NCBI RefSeq assembly: GCF_004010195.1
Contig: NC_057711.1
Coordinates: 145,353,369 to 145,417,368, forward strand
Source: Chiloscyllium plagiosum
Taxonomy: Eukaryota
Length of the DNA stretch: 64,000 bases
Direction: 5' to 3'
Under the pieces are notes generated by a model. That model ran no database searches and was not told where the DNA came from. It saw nothing but the letters and a program-made list of their open reading frames with translations. Made by a program: the position numbers and the translations under genes. Positions 37,319 through 51,376 of the stretch are shown one piece after another (the stretch's first letter is position 1; every line of letters starts with the position of its first letter).

Positions 37319-38884
37319 TTCAAAGACACTCCTGCCCAATGCTAACTTTCTCTTGCTTATCTAATTTTGTACAGTTACAGGGTTCAAAGACCTCCGTCTA
37401 CCTGGTTCACATTGTAGGAGGTGGCCATTTGACTCTATTGCACCAACTCTTCAAATGCACAAAACTGTTATTCAACCTTCACCATACCCTTACTTTCTAT
37501 TTACCCTGCCTCCACCACACTTGCAGACAATGCATTCCAGACCTGAGGCAAACTTTTACTAATCTTGCAAATCACCAATATGTGCCTCCTTTTCCACATG
37601 TTAAAGCATCTTAAAATAAAATTTCTCCTGCCCTTCCATGATTTTGAAAACTTGCATCAAATTCTTTTAGCTGCCTTCAGCTTGTGCTACATGACCATTC
37701 AAGTATTATGTACAGCATCCAGTATTTAATATTCAGTTTTCAAACTGCTACCACAGTCTAAGGGCCTCCCAATAACACACCAGCAAAGTTTCCTGCTATG
37801 AATGCAGCTCCAGTTCTCTTTTAGATGCCACCTACTCTAGAACCATGTTCCAAGCCTGCACCATCTTTTCCAGCCATGCATTCTGAATCTTAACCACCTT
37901 CAGTAATCCATTACATATTGTACTGAGTAATTTCCAGCTGACCATGTTTTTAGGTTCTGATTATTTTTCTGCCTAAATTTTTGGCTGTGGGACCTGATTT
38001 AACTCATTGATCCTAACGTGCATTAGGAGGCTAGCTGGTCACCATTCCCCAGAAGAATGCCCTAAACTCCTGAACTTTTCTTTCCTGGTACTATTGTACC
38101 ATTTTGGAGTCATGGGCATTTGTAGCTATCTCCTCCATCCGTGTAAATACTCCTTTCTTTAGTTCTGTTCATGCTGCTCCAATTGTGGCTCTCTATTCCA
38201 TTATGGATTTCAGTACCACCTTCAGCTTCAAAAGTTGGAAATCTGTGAGCAGGACCCCATGGGATTCTCAACTTCCTGTTTGAATGTCACCTATTCCTTT
38301 TCTGCCTCAAGTCCCTTAAACTGCAGTATCGCCTCTTCCCTGAACAGGCTATTCACCACACTCTGGAGTCTGTTTTGCACCTACATCTAATCACTCTTGT
38401 CCTGAAACTTGAGCTTCAGTTCCTCTAACTGGCAGCACCTTCTGCATATATGGTAATTGAAAATCCATGGTCACTCGCCATACAACAGGTCACCCATTCC
38501 ATTTGACACTTTCAAGTAGATTCTTGGAACCAGAAAATGTCCCCAATTTTTGGGAATCTGGAGCCATTTGCAGTGGCCAATGGATGCTCTTATCTACAGT
38601 TTCTGTGGACTGTGGTGGGAGACCTGTGAGTGGTCTTCCAGTTGCACTGACACCAGTGGCCCAATAATGCTGCCTTAATGGTCCTATTTTATTGCCACTG
38701 GTAGGGGACTCTTGTGATGCAGTGGTAGCATCCCTACCTCTGAGTCCAAAGACCCAAGTTCAAGTTACACTTGCACCAGAGTGTCATAACATCCCTGAAT
38801 AGAAAATATTTACTGCCACTAATATTAACCCAGCAGGAGTCATGGCCCTCAATATGAGGTGCACAACAACCCTGACTTGTTTGT

Positions 38885-38970
38885 CAAAAGCTGGAAAAAC
38901 ACAGCAGCTCAGGCAGTATCAGAGGAACAGAAGAGTCAATGTTTCAGGCATAAGCCCTTCATCAGGAATG
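38885..38970 (-). mobile_element. Penelope-derived short element with CpG-decayed hammerhead
   Basis: Minus strand cattcCTGATGAagggcttatgcctGAAAcattgac. Confidence 0.75.
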
Positions 38971-39614
38971 TGACACATTCAAATGAGAGCAGAAAAAGAA
39001 CAGGGATTGGGTATGAGGAGATAATTTTGGGAATCAAAATACAGAAGCCAATTATAGGCACACATAATTAATAAACTGCTGGAGAAACTCCACAGATCTG
39101 GCAACCTCTTTGGAGAGAGAAACTGTTTACATTTAGGGTCTGATTAACTTTAAAAGTTCAGCTCTTTTGTCTGTTTGAATCAGGGCTGAGTGGCCTGGCA
39201 GAACCTAAACTTGGCATCAGTGAGCAAGTGCTGCTTGATAGCACTGTTGCTGATCAAGAGTTGATTGAAGTAATTGGCTGATTTGGATTTGTCCTCCATT
39301 TGTGTATAGGATAAACCCAGGCAATTTGCTCAGTAGATGCTAGCATTATAGCTATAAAAGAAGAACATGGCTAGGGGTGCCATACATTTTGGAGCATATG
39401 TCTTCAATACCATTACCAAAAGGTTGTCAAGGTCTGTGGCCTTTGCAGTATCTAATGCCTCCAGCCTTGTTGTGATATTGTGTGGAGTGAATCAAATTAG
39501 CTGATGTGATACTGGGACCTCTGGAGCAAAATATGTCACCTTTACTTTTCACTGAGTTAGCAGGTAATAAAATTGTCTTATTGTTTGCTCAAGAAAACTT
39601 TGTAATTAGTCTTG

Positions 39615-40150
39615 TTTAATTTATTGTCACGTACTGAGATGCAGTGAAAAGTGTTGCTTTGCATGCTATGCAGGCAGATTGCACCATATGTCAGGGTAGC
39701 AGGACAGTGAGGGATGGTGTTACCACAGAAGGGGCAGAGACAGATCAGACTTCACATTTGTGAAGTCCATTCAAAAGTCTGATAAAAGCAGGGAATAAGC
39801 TGTTCTGGAATCTGATCATGCATGTATTCAAATTCTTTGATCTTCTCAACAGAAAATAGTGAAAGAGACTTGAACCAAGGTGGGAGAGGTCTTTGATTAT
39901 GCTGGCTGCTTTCCCAAGGCAGCAGGAAGTATGCATGGGGTCAATGGATGGGAGGCTGATTTGGGAGATGGACTGGGCTGTGTTCACGACTCTGGTTGGC
40001 TGCGGCCTTGAGCAGTTGCCATACCAAGCTGTGATGCTCATAGAAGCTAGGATGCTTTCTATGGTGCATCTATGAAAATTGCTAAGAATCCTTTCTGAAC
40101 TTCCTTAGCTACCTGAGGAAGTTGAGACATTGAGTTTTCTTGCCCATTGC
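39615..40150 (-). mobile_element. Rex1/Babar LINE 3' fragment
   Basis: ITAWYGNCS...RFQNSLFPAFIRLLN typical of the Rex1 ORF end. Confidence 0.85.
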
Positions 40151-43100
40151 ATCCTCTGTTATTGTTCACGATGGAAACAGCTAACTACATTTCCAATGGA
40201 GGAAGTGTAGCCACTAAAAGTAAGTAGTGTTCAAAACTTAAACTTTTATGTTGTGATCCATTTGGGAGATTCAAAAGAGAGAGTGCTGAGTCACCCCTCC
40301 TCGCTCATTGTTAATGATTGCAATCAATCTCTGCCCCCAAAGAATGAGCCATTAAAAATTAAGACTCTCATTGTTTTAAGGAAATGCATTATTGGAAATT
40401 TCCACTACTACTCCTGGTTTTGATTTAAGGAGATCCAGTGTTAATTCCATTGTTCACTCTTCATCAAGCTGTTCTAATACTGCTACAGCTTGGCAGCTAC
40501 CTGGTAGTATGTCAATTTGCCCAAGTAAGTGCTGTCCTCAAAAAGCAAGATAAATCCAATCTGACCAGTTATCAATCGGCAACAAGTGATAGAAATGACC
40601 TCATTCCTCGACATGCAATGGCTTTACAGTCCGATTCCCACACACTCAACATGCTGGGAGTTTCCATTGCCCAGAAAACTGTCTATAACAGCCCGGTAAA
40701 TACGATGTTCCTCAGGCAGGTCAGAGGCTATGACAACAAAATTGTGTCTCACCCCTGAGTATACTAAACAGATTTTATTCCATCAACTTTTTTGTAGCGA
40801 ATAATAAATTAAAGTAGTTTGCCCTACTCTTCAATTCTCATTTGTCTACCACTGAAGGTCTGCATTAAACACTAAGCTTTATATCTTGCTTAACATCCTT
40901 TACTACTGCTTAGGTGCTGTCATTATTTTTGTCCCTGTCATTGGTAGGAATTGTATCTTTCCTATAATGTGCTTTGTCACTCTCAGAAGCTATTCTTGTG
41001 CTATTCAATTAACTATTTCCTCATTCCTTTAAAACTGGATCTTTTCTAAAATTAAACCACTTTCTTTTACTGTCCTTGGAGTCTATTTTCATCCACATTA
41101 TACTTTCAGAATAAATGTCAATGCAGGCATTTTCTTCCAGTCTTACTTCAGAGACATGACAACATTGATTGCAATAATTTGTATCTGTATCACATTCAAA
41201 ACGTAATGTCGGTAAAGGTGCCAAAATGCTTCAGAGGGATTGTGAACAAAAAATGATGGCATCTCATTGGGCAAATGACCGTAAGTTTGGTCTAAAAGGT
41301 ATGTTTTGGGCAGTGTCTTTAAAGGAGGGACGTGAGAGGTTTGGGGAGAGAATTCTATATTTTGGGGCCCAGGTAGTTGAAGCCACTGCTGGCAATGAAG
41401 TAGTTAAAATCTGAGTTACTTTAGATGGCAGGATTAGAGCAGAACTGATACATCAGAGGGTTGTAGGGCTGGAGGCAATTGTGGAAATAAGGAGAGGTTC
41501 CAAAAATCATAATTACAAGTGGAATGGAGATTTCAATCAGAATGGGTTTGAATTACATGTCAATATCTTTCAAATGGTAGCCTGTAGCTAATGCAACTTT
41601 TTTTACTGTTCTAAGAGCTGAATTTCTTCCAGCCTTAGACAGGGTGTTCAATTCAGTCTCATTCTTGCACTATACCTCCAAAGAGTATAAACCGAAGTGG
41701 GTCAGCGATTTCAAACAGTGAATCTGATTAATGGTGTTTGGTGAGGTGGGGACAAAGTGGTTTGTTTGCTTTATTTTCTTCATTGTCTGATACTCAACTT
41801 CTAATTTGATGCAGTGGAAGATGCTGTTGGTAGGAAGCTACTCCATTTTTAAAAAAATCATTGCTACAGTTAAAATATGACAGGGTGGTTTGGCCGAATG
41901 GAAAAGACAGCCAGTGGCATGTGGGAAATCATAGATACACCATGTGTCCCTGATTAACACATCCAAACAAAGTATCAGCATCTGAGCTCCAAGCTTCAGG
42001 ACTTGAGTAGTTGCGGGAGTTACAGTTGTGTATCTACATGGTAGAGGACGAAGTATATGGTGTATTTAGGAACTTGGTCACACAACAGCGTTAGGGATGT
42101 GAGGACCGATAAGGAATGGGGACCAACAGGCAATCCAAGAGACCTAGGCAGGTAATGCATGAGTCCCTCGACGATTTTAGTTGCATCTTGGTTTTCTGCT
42201 TTAGATGTTGATGAAGTAATGATTCCGCTGAGAAATGCAGTCAGAGGCAAGTTAGAGGTAGCATTACGTGTGGTTCAGCTTTAAAAAGGGGGTGGAAGGC
42301 AGTACCGGTACATCATTTATTTTAGCCAGGGGAACGGAGAGGCACATTAGCAGCCAGAAACGTGACTCCAGAGTGGCATGGTGCTAGAGTCAAAGATTTT
42401 ACAAAATAGATAGAGTATCATTCTGGGGGAGTGTAAAGAGCCAGATGTTTGGTACCAACATGGACCACGAGACTTTAGTAGGAAAGGGGACGAGGCTGTG
42501 AAAGCAGATTCCAGAGAACAAGGTATGAGTAGGAGTTTATATACTCTGACTATTTGTGGAACAGCAAGACATGATTGTCAGCACAATCTTCCCAGTTAAG
42601 TGTAAATACTACTGAACTAGATATCATTCTCTGAAGTTGAGGTCATGACTTCTGAATATTAAATTGCCTGCTTAGTGCCAGAGTAAAGGACATCTCCTTA
42701 CAGCAGGAATGGGAGAAGAGGATTCATCCATCTTGCATCTGATTTGGGAGTAGCACTGAGCCCCTCACACCTGCTTCACCATTTGATATCATGGCTATTT
42801 TGATTGTAATCTCATCTTTATCTACCCCGATAACTTTTCATCTCCTTGCTGTAGTGGTCCACAAAGGAGCCAATATGGCATAGACAAACCAAGATGAAAG
42901 CACAATACTGTGCATGTTGAAAAATCAGGAATAAAAACTGAACCTGCTGGAAATTAACAACAGGACAGGTGGATCTATGGAGAGAGAGAGAAGCAGTTAA
43001 CGTTTGGATTGAATGTTGTCTATGTCAATAAGCTCTGGATTAACTTCGATTTGGGCTGATGTAAGTGGCATTCACATTACACAAATGCCAACCATTAATC

Positions 43101-44359
43101 ATCTCCAACAGGACACTTTATCTCATGGTTGATTTGATGGTGGTGATTACTAGGTGAAAGTTGCCATAGGCGATTTGGTGGTGGGGAACACTGTTCACTT
43201 GTGTTCGATAGCATTTCCAACAATTTAAAAAGAAGACAATCTATTTCCTTTTGACTTGCTGAGTCCACCACTATCAACATCCTGGGAAATATCATCCTAA
43301 GGGAAAGAAACTTTTTATTTTTTGGTGCAATGTATCTTGGATTAAGGAAAACAAAAAATGCTGAAGATCACGGTGGGTCAGATAGCATCCATAGAGAGAC
43401 AGTAAGATAACATTGAGTCTAGAGGCTCTCCATCATTAAAGACTGACAACTTTGTGTTTAAAATGGTACCCTTCAGTGTTCTAATAGTTTAGAGATCTTT
43501 TGCTTGCTTTCAGAACTCTTTTCTTTAATGAAATGCACAGTCTAAAACATAAAACAGTTTTAGGCAGCTGGGCTGTATTTTCCAATAACCTCAGCACAAG
43601 AATATTTTTGTTATAGAGCTGATTTTAAGCGTGAGACAGCAAACTGGCAAGACCAATTTAAGACTTGTTTAATTCTAAAACTCTGCCTTGTGAAATAAAT
43701 GACTAACATTCAAACCAACATCTTGACTGACAAGGGAGTTGATAGTTATCTGAATGTGAATGTGAACTTAAGCCCATAATCAGATCAGCTATAATCTTAT
43801 TGAATGATGGAAAAGGCTAGAAAGACCAAACAACCCATTCTCTACTCTTCATATGCTTCTAAGTGTATTCACAAAAGTAGAAGGGTTGGGCCAATTAAAT
43901 TCAACCAAAGTAGGTGGATTATTATATTCCACGGATTTGCCAGATGTTAGGCTCCTCTTATTTGTTTTGCTTCAATCCTTGGTTTTCACAATGGGGTTGG
44001 CAGAGGGAATTAATTATATTGAGCCTCCTATTGTGCAAAGCTTCCTTTGGTCCTTAATGATATTGGGTATGTGATGTGTGTAAAGAAAACTGTCATATAC
44101 TTTACAGCTACTTACAGAGTTGCTTAACTCTCAGCAAAACACACCTGATTGACACTGTTGAGCTGGATCTGATTATGCATTGACCTTTGCAAGTGATTAC
44201 AGATTTTTAAAAAATCAAAGGAAATCGATCTTTTCCAAATAAGACTCCGTTACACTATTTTGAGTTCATATTTCTGACCTCATCCATATTATCATTTTTA
44301 TAAATGCAACACCAGTGTTTCTTACCTTTTGACACTATTCTTGCTTTTCTATGAACAAG

Positions 44360-46695
44360 GATAAGTCAGGACCTTGCAGGAAGAGCAAATTACATCAGAA
44401 TTAGGCAGGAGTTAGGAAGTGTTAATTGGGAGAAGCTGTTATTAGGCATGTTCACATTTAACATGTGGGAAATGCTTAAAGATCTGCTGAGGAGAGTTTA
44501 GATTAGATTCCCCACAATGTGAAAACAGGCCCTTCGACTCAACAACTCCACACCGACCCTCTGAAGAGTAACCCACCCAGATCCATTTTCCTCTGACTAG
44601 TGCACCTAACACTATGGGCAATTAAACATGGCCAATTCACTTGACCTACACATCTTTGGACTGTGGGACAAAACCCACACAGACATGGGAAGAACATGAA
44701 AACTCCACACAGACAGTCACCTGAGGCCGGAATCGAACCTGGGACCCTGGTGCTGTGAGGCAGCAGTGCTAACCACTGAGCCACCGTGCCACCCTTAAAT
44801 CAATGACCTCCTTGTTCAAGTAATGAGGAAGGAAAAGGCTGGCAAGGTAAGGGACCATTGGATAATGATGGAGGTTGTGAATTCAGTCAAAAGGGAAAAA
44901 GCCTATGTAAGGTTTAGGAAGTTAAAATCTGACAGGGCCCATGAGGAATATAAGGAAAGTACTAAAAGCAGGGAAGTAAGAGAGCAAGAAGGGGCCATGA
45001 AATGACTTTGGCAAGTCGGGTTAAAGAGAATCCCAAGGCATTCTAAGGGATGCATTAAAAACAAAAGGATAATTAGGGTGAAGGCAGGACCACTCAAGGT
45101 TAAAGGGGAGAAATTGTTCTTGGAGTCAGGGGATGTGGATGAGATCTTAAATGAGAACTTTGCATCAGTATTTACCCAGGAGAAGGATATGGAAGATAGT
45201 GAGATTTGTGTGGAGAATGCTAACTTTGAGATTGAGAAAGAAGTGGTCTTGGATCACTTGAAGAGCATTAAGGTAGATAAGTGCCCAATGGCAGCTACCC
45301 TGGGTTACTGAGAGAAGCAAGTGGAGTTTGCTGGGGCCTTGACCAAGTTCTTTGAATCCTCGCCAGTCACTGGAGAGTTCCCAGAGGACTGGCCAGTATC
45401 TAATGTTGTTCCTCTGTTCAAGAAGGGAAATAGGGATAATCCAGGAAACTATAGACTGGTGAGTCTCACATTGATGGTTGGGAAGCTATTGGAGAAGATG
45501 AGAGCAGTGAATGTTGTTTACATGGTTTTTAGTAAGGCTTGCAACAAGGTCTCTCACGGTAAGCTCATCCAGAAGACTAAGTTGCATGGGATCCACTGTG
45601 ACTTGGCCAAATAGATTCAGAATTGGCTTGGCCATAGAAGGCTGAGGGTAGAGGTGGAAAAGTGTTTTTCAGGGTGGAGGTCTGTGACTAGTGGTGTTCC
45701 ACATGGTTCGATACTGGGACCTCTGCTGTTTGTGATGTCTGTAAATGACTTGGATGAAAATGTGGATAGGTAGCTTAATAAGTTTGCAGATGATACAAAG
45801 ATCAGTGAAGTTGTGGATAGCATAGAAGGTTGTCAAAGGATACAGCAGGATACAGATCAGTTGCAGATATAGGCAGAGAAATGGCAAGTGCTGTTTAATC
45901 TGGTTAAACATGAGGTGCTGCACTTTGGGAGATCAGATGTTAAGGAAATGTAAACAGTTAATGGCAGGGCTGCGAACAGCATTGATGTACAGAAAGATCT
46001 TGGGGTTTAAGTCCATAGCTCCCTGAAAGTAGCCATGCAAATAGATAAGGTGGTAAAGAAGGCCTATGATATGCTTGCCTTTATTGGTCAGGAAACTGAG
46101 TACAAGAGTCAGGATGTCATGTTGCAGCTGTATAAGATTTTTGTTAGGCCACACTTAGAATATTGTGTTCAGTTCTGGTTTGCCACATTACAGGAAGGAT
46201 GTGAAGGCTTCAGACTGGGTGCAGAAGAGGTTTACCAGGATGCTACCTAGATTAGAGGGCTTGGGTTATAAGGAGAGGCTAGAAAATCTCAGGTTGTTTT
46301 TTCTTGAGTGATGGAGGCAGAGGGGAGACTTGATACAAGTTATAAAATTATGAGATGCATAGATACGATTGACAGTCATAATCTTTTTTCCCAGAGTTGA
46401 AATATCTAATACCAGGCGGCACACACTTAAGTTGAGAGGAGGAAATTCAAAGGAAACATGAGGGACAAGTTTAGTGGTAGCAATCTGGTAGCAGTCTGGA
46501 ATGCACTGCCAGGGGTGGTGGTGGAGGAGGTATGATAGGGACAATAAAGGGACTTTTAAATAAGCTCATGATTATGCAAGAAATGAAAGGATATGGACCA
46601 AGGGCAGAAAGAATGGATGAGTTTAACTTGGGTCATGTTTGGCACAACATTGTGGGCTGATTGATCCACTCCTGTGCTGTATTGTTCTATGTTCG
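44360..46695 (+). mobile_element. CR1 LINE ORF2 fragment, interrupted by a SINE
   Basis: PEDW..NVVPLFKKG..NYR.VSL, GVP.GS.LGPLLF, KFADDTK and RPHLEYCVQFW motifs with stops and frameshifts. Confidence 0.92.
44498..44794 (-). mobile_element. HE1-type V-SINE nested in CR1
   Basis: Minus strand ggcacggtggctcagtggttagc head, V-domain, tctaatcta tail. Confidence 0.88.
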
Positions 46696-49269
46696 ATTGA
46701 GTATCTTGTATCAAGATGGGAATAAGCTATGACTGTCTCCAGCTCAACTTCAGCAAAATTGGGCCCATTCTTTCTAACTCACTCTAGAAACATTGTACCT
46801 TATCATAGTGTTCATTTGGTCTTTGCTCCTCGTTTCTTTTCCACTATGTGACAGAACCATGAGAATTGTAGATTCACTTAGCTAAGTTTCAAAGCTCACT
46901 GTTACAGTGGAGTGAACAGAGATAGGGTGAATTATTTCCTTACCACGCTTAGCTTCTGTTCATCAAAGAAAGTTGTTTCCAAAAACAGACAGTATCTCCC
47001 TTGAACTAAAAGCTGCACATTGTGAGTAACTCTAATAGGATGGGGTATCACAGGCTTAACAATGATTTCTTTATTATACTTGCTACATTATACAGCATGT
47101 GGTGTTAAATATCACGTAATTCTAAAATGAATAATGGAATTTATTTATAATAAATAATTACACAGACACAAATCTACAGCAAAATGCTGACGGTGTGAAT
47201 TCTTCCAAATCTACTGATTTCATAATTACATTATAACATTGGTTAACATTCATTACAACAGTGGAATTGTATACATTATATCCACTACTGTCTGTACAAT
47301 CAGCTAAGAGTGGGTGAAATAAAACTTATCATTATTCAATAATGTCGATTTAATACTATATATATTCTAGATGTGCAGAAAAATTTGTGAAAGAATATTG
47401 AATCCATCATACTTAAAACAGAGCCAAAAAACATAGCTTTCCAAATATCTTTCTATCCCTCAAATGTATCCAATTTCTACTTTCACTTTGAATGAATGAC
47501 AATGATTTATTGTCACATATATCTGAAAAGATACAATGAAAATTGTTCTGTCGCCACAATCCAGCGCCATTTTAAGATACAAAAGAATAAAAAGATAGTA
47601 CTTAAATAGAGTTCATCTTCATTGGCCAGAGTCCCTACGGGCTTATACTAGATCCCTGCGTTGGGCCCACGATAGCCAGGAATACTCACCGCACAATCGC
47701 TGTAGCTGCTGCCTCCAGAGGCTATGGTTTCAGCCCTATTCAATAGTAGATGTAGCATCTGAAATCTAATATTTTACAAAGTAACCTGTGGAAGAACCAT
47801 ATAAAAGGTATGACTGTGTGCTGTCAACAAGAATTCTGGGATTGACAGGATTATGATTTAACAGCTGCAAATGTCTGACTTCCAATCCCTACAGGAAGTA
47901 TAAAGACGCAAGTTGATTCCTCAGACATACCATCACCTATTTTCACATTCTTTCAGCAACCTGTGAGCTTCAGAGATAATAGTCTATACTGCACTCTGGA
48001 AACAATATTTAACATTTTATGCTTTCTATGTCATCCTATGTTTATTCTGTCACAATTGTGCTCTTCACAAGGGATGGTTTTGCTTGCTATTCAAATAAGC
48101 CACTATTTCCCTTTTATATCCTTAGAAAAGGCACATGCACTAATTGAACTTTTCTTGGCTAGTAAAACAGCATTTAAATATGGATTAAGCATATCTCAAT
48201 TTCCATTATTTCTACCTTACGTAACATATTGCATTACTACTAACCACAGAGCAGTTACATAATTATATTCAATAGCTGTTAATTTACATTTATCAAATCC
48301 AGATTTCCATTGGTTTCTCATGCAAAGTCATTACCTTTGTTTGTAAAAAAAATCAACATATTGGCATGTCTTATTTTCCAGTATTTGAGCATTATCAAGC
48401 ACATGCTAGCTTCCTAAAGTTTGTTGCATGTTAGTTTGTAGATGGCATATAATTGCTTCATCCTTAAATCTACTGAAGACATAGATCTCATTGTTGCTTT
48501 CATTAATGATTTTTTTTAACAATTTTAATCTGTGAGCATCACTAGCAAGGGTTGGTATCATCCGTCCCTAGTATCTCTCTAGAAAGGTATGACAAATATT
48601 TAATGATTTCTGGAATCCTTTATTTGTGGTGAAGACATTCCTGGAGTGTTGATAGATAAAATGTTTCTTGATTTTGACCCAGCAATGATAAAGAAAAGTT
48701 TTTTTTGTCCAAATCAGGATGCTGTGTAATGTGGATGGAAACTTGGGAATTGATGGTGGTCCCATGTAATTGTTGTCCTTGTTCTCCTGGTTGTTGGAGG
48801 TACCAGGTTTATGAGATACTGCTGAAGAAACCTTGGTGTGAGAAAACACACACAATTATTTTCAGCTGCAATGTCACAGGAACAAATGCTCATGATTATC
48901 ACTGATAGAGGAAACTCAGGACTGAATCACTTCCAGTTATGTTGTTAATAAAACATCTAAAAGCTGAAAATATAATAACAAATTGTCAACATGTCTGACA
49001 AATTTTAGTGAATTATTTGGAGAAGTAACAGAAAGTGTATTTATGTGGTCAATGCAGAAGGTGTAATATATTTTAGGTTTTCAAAAGACAATGTATAGTA
49101 AAGTCATGATGTTTTTCAGAACAGGTGAAGTCAGGAAACAAGATACAGAATGGATATCGAGTGAGATTTGAACCAGAAAATAGAGTGTCAGGCTTCAGGG
49201 CAGCTACTCAGAATGGCTAAAGATGTGAACTCATGTTCTATAGGGTTGGTTGCCAGATACATATTAATT

Positions 49270-49510
49270 AGGAGAAAGTGAGGACTGCAGATGCTGGAGA
49301 TCAGAGCTTAAAAATGTGTTGCTGGAAAAGTACAGCAAGTCAGGCAGCATCCGAGAAGCAGGAAAATCAACGTTTCAGGCAAAAGCCCTTTATCAGGAAG
49401 CCCGAAACATCGATCTTCCTGCTCCTCAGATGCTGCCTGACCTGCTGTGCTTTTCCAGCACCACTCTAATCTTGATTCTAATCTCCAACATCTGCAGTAC
49501 CCACTTGTGC
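49270..49510. mobile_element. Penelope-derived inverted-repeat element, family 1
   Basis: About 110-bp inverted arms ctgcagatgctggagat... / ...atctccaacatctgcag. Confidence 0.8.
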
Positions 49511-49549
49511 CTATATATGTTAATGATGTGGACTCAGAAATCAGAAGGA

Positions 49550-49740
49550 CAGATCTCCTACCGTATCCGCGGGTGCTATGTTCCAAGACCTATTACGGAC
49601 ACCCGAAACTGCAGATAGTAGTGAACCCTATCATTCCAGGAATTATTTCTGGAATGTTCCATATAATATTTTCAGGCTGCGCTAAGCCACAGATAACTGA
49701 AACCGTGGAAACTGAATCCGTGGATACAGGGGTTCTCCTG
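49550..49740. mobile_element. Tigger/pogo-type (MER2-like) MITE
   Basis: Imperfect TIRs cag...gtatccgcgg / ccgtggatac...ctg followed by TA. Confidence 0.65.
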
Positions 49741-50359
49741 TACAATTTTAAAATGTTCTAATAATTATCAGGGATATAGTCAATAATGAGGAGGATTGTA
49801 TCAAATTATGATAAGACATTGTTTGACTCGGAGATTCGGTGTGTAATTGGCAATTTGTTTTCAAAACAGAATACTGTACACTTTGTTCTGGTTGCAAATT
49901 ATATAAAGAATATAGAGGCTCTTGAGAGATCACAGAAATGATAAGGAGGTTCAGCAAAGACTGAACAGGCCAGTTCACATTTCTGCAGAAAAGACTGAGA
50001 GATGATCTTACAAAAAGTCCTTAAGATTATGACAGTTAAAGATGGATGTAGGAAAACTGATTTGCACTTATGAATGAATTGAAATCTAGGGGCAACAGCT
50101 GCTCACTAACACTACAAATCCAATAATGGGTTCAAGAGGAACATTTCTCTATTTCTTATTTTAAAAAATGGCTAGAATGTGAAGGTTCTTCCACATGGGA
50201 ATCAATATTTCTTTTTAATGGAAAGCTAGACAAATAATAATTAGAAAGGAATAGTATTCTGACAGAGATAGAGCAACTTCTGTATCTGAAAGATGGAACA
50301 ATTGGTCTAAAGGATCTGTTTAGTAGCTGACTGTAATTCCTAGTTTAATTCTCTCCTAC

Positions 50360-51200
50360 AGGAAGCATGTTGTGAAACTTGAAAGGGTTCAAAAAAGGAT
50401 GCTACCAGGGTTGGAGAGTTTGAGCTATAGGGAGAAGCTGAATAGGCTGGGGCTATTTTCCCTTATGCTTCCTTGGTTGATGGGTGACCTTATAGAAGTT
50501 TATAAAATCATAAGCGTCACGGTTAAGGTAAATAGACTAGGTCTTCTCTCTGGTGTGTGTGTGTGGTGGGGTGGGGGGGAGGGGTGACATCCAAAACTAG
50601 AGGGCAAAGGTTTAAGGTGAGAGGCAAATGATTTAAAAGGGACCTAAGGAGCATGAGAGAGTGGTGCATTCATGGCATGAGCTGCCAGAGGAAATGATGG
50701 ATGCTGGTACAATTACAAGATTTAAAAGGCATCTGGATGGGTACATGAATAGGAAGGGTTTAGAAGGATGTGGACCAAATGCTGGCAAATGTGACTAGAT
50801 TTAATTTAGGATATCTGGTCGGCATGGATCAGTTGGACCGCAGGGTCTATTTCCTCGCTGTACATCTTTATGACTCTACAACTCTTAAGTTGTTCCCTGG
50901 GAAGAGGAGTCCAGAACTAGAGGGCATAGGTTTAGGGTGAGAGGGGAAATATATAAAAGAGACCTGAGGGGCAACTTTTTCACGCAGAGGGTGGTACAGG
51001 TATGGAATGAGCTGCCAGAGGAAGTGGTGGAGGCTGGTATGATTGCAACATTTAGAAGGCACTTGGATGGGTATATGAATAGGAAGGGTTTGGGCCGGGT
51101 GCTGGCAGGTGGGACTAGATTGGGTTGGGATATCTGGTCGGCATGGACGGGTTGGACCGAAGGGTCTGTTTCCATGCTGTACATCTCTATGACTCTATGT
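50360..51200 (+). mobile_element. two head-to-tail CR1 3' ends (about 50360-50880 and 50890-51200)
   Basis: Each ends in tgtacatc..tatgactcta. Confidence 0.85.
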
Positions 51201-51208
51201 TAAACCAT

Positions 51209-51339
51209 CGGCAAAAATGAGGACTGCAGATGCTGGAAACCAGAGTTTAGATCAGAGTGATGCTGGAAAAGCACAGCAGGTCAGGTAGCATCCGAGGAGC
51301 AGGAAAATCGACGTTTCGGGCAAAAGCCCTTGGTCAGGT
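51209..51339 (-). mobile_element. Penelope-derived short element, family 1, 16-bp TSD
   Basis: ctctatgttaaaccat at 51193-51208 and 51340-51355. Confidence 0.85.
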
Positions 51340-51376
51340 CTCTATGTTAAACCATACCTGATTGAACCTGGTCCAT

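Larger units (their letters stand above)
48990..50340 (+). mobile_element. old CR1 fragment hosting nested insertions
   Basis: Degenerate RT motifs (IY.ND.D) split by two younger elements. Confidence 0.55.

Noticed and set aside
44823-46544. RT-like ORFs as a functional gene
   Set aside because: Fragmented CR1 ORF2 with stops, frameshifts and an internal deletion.
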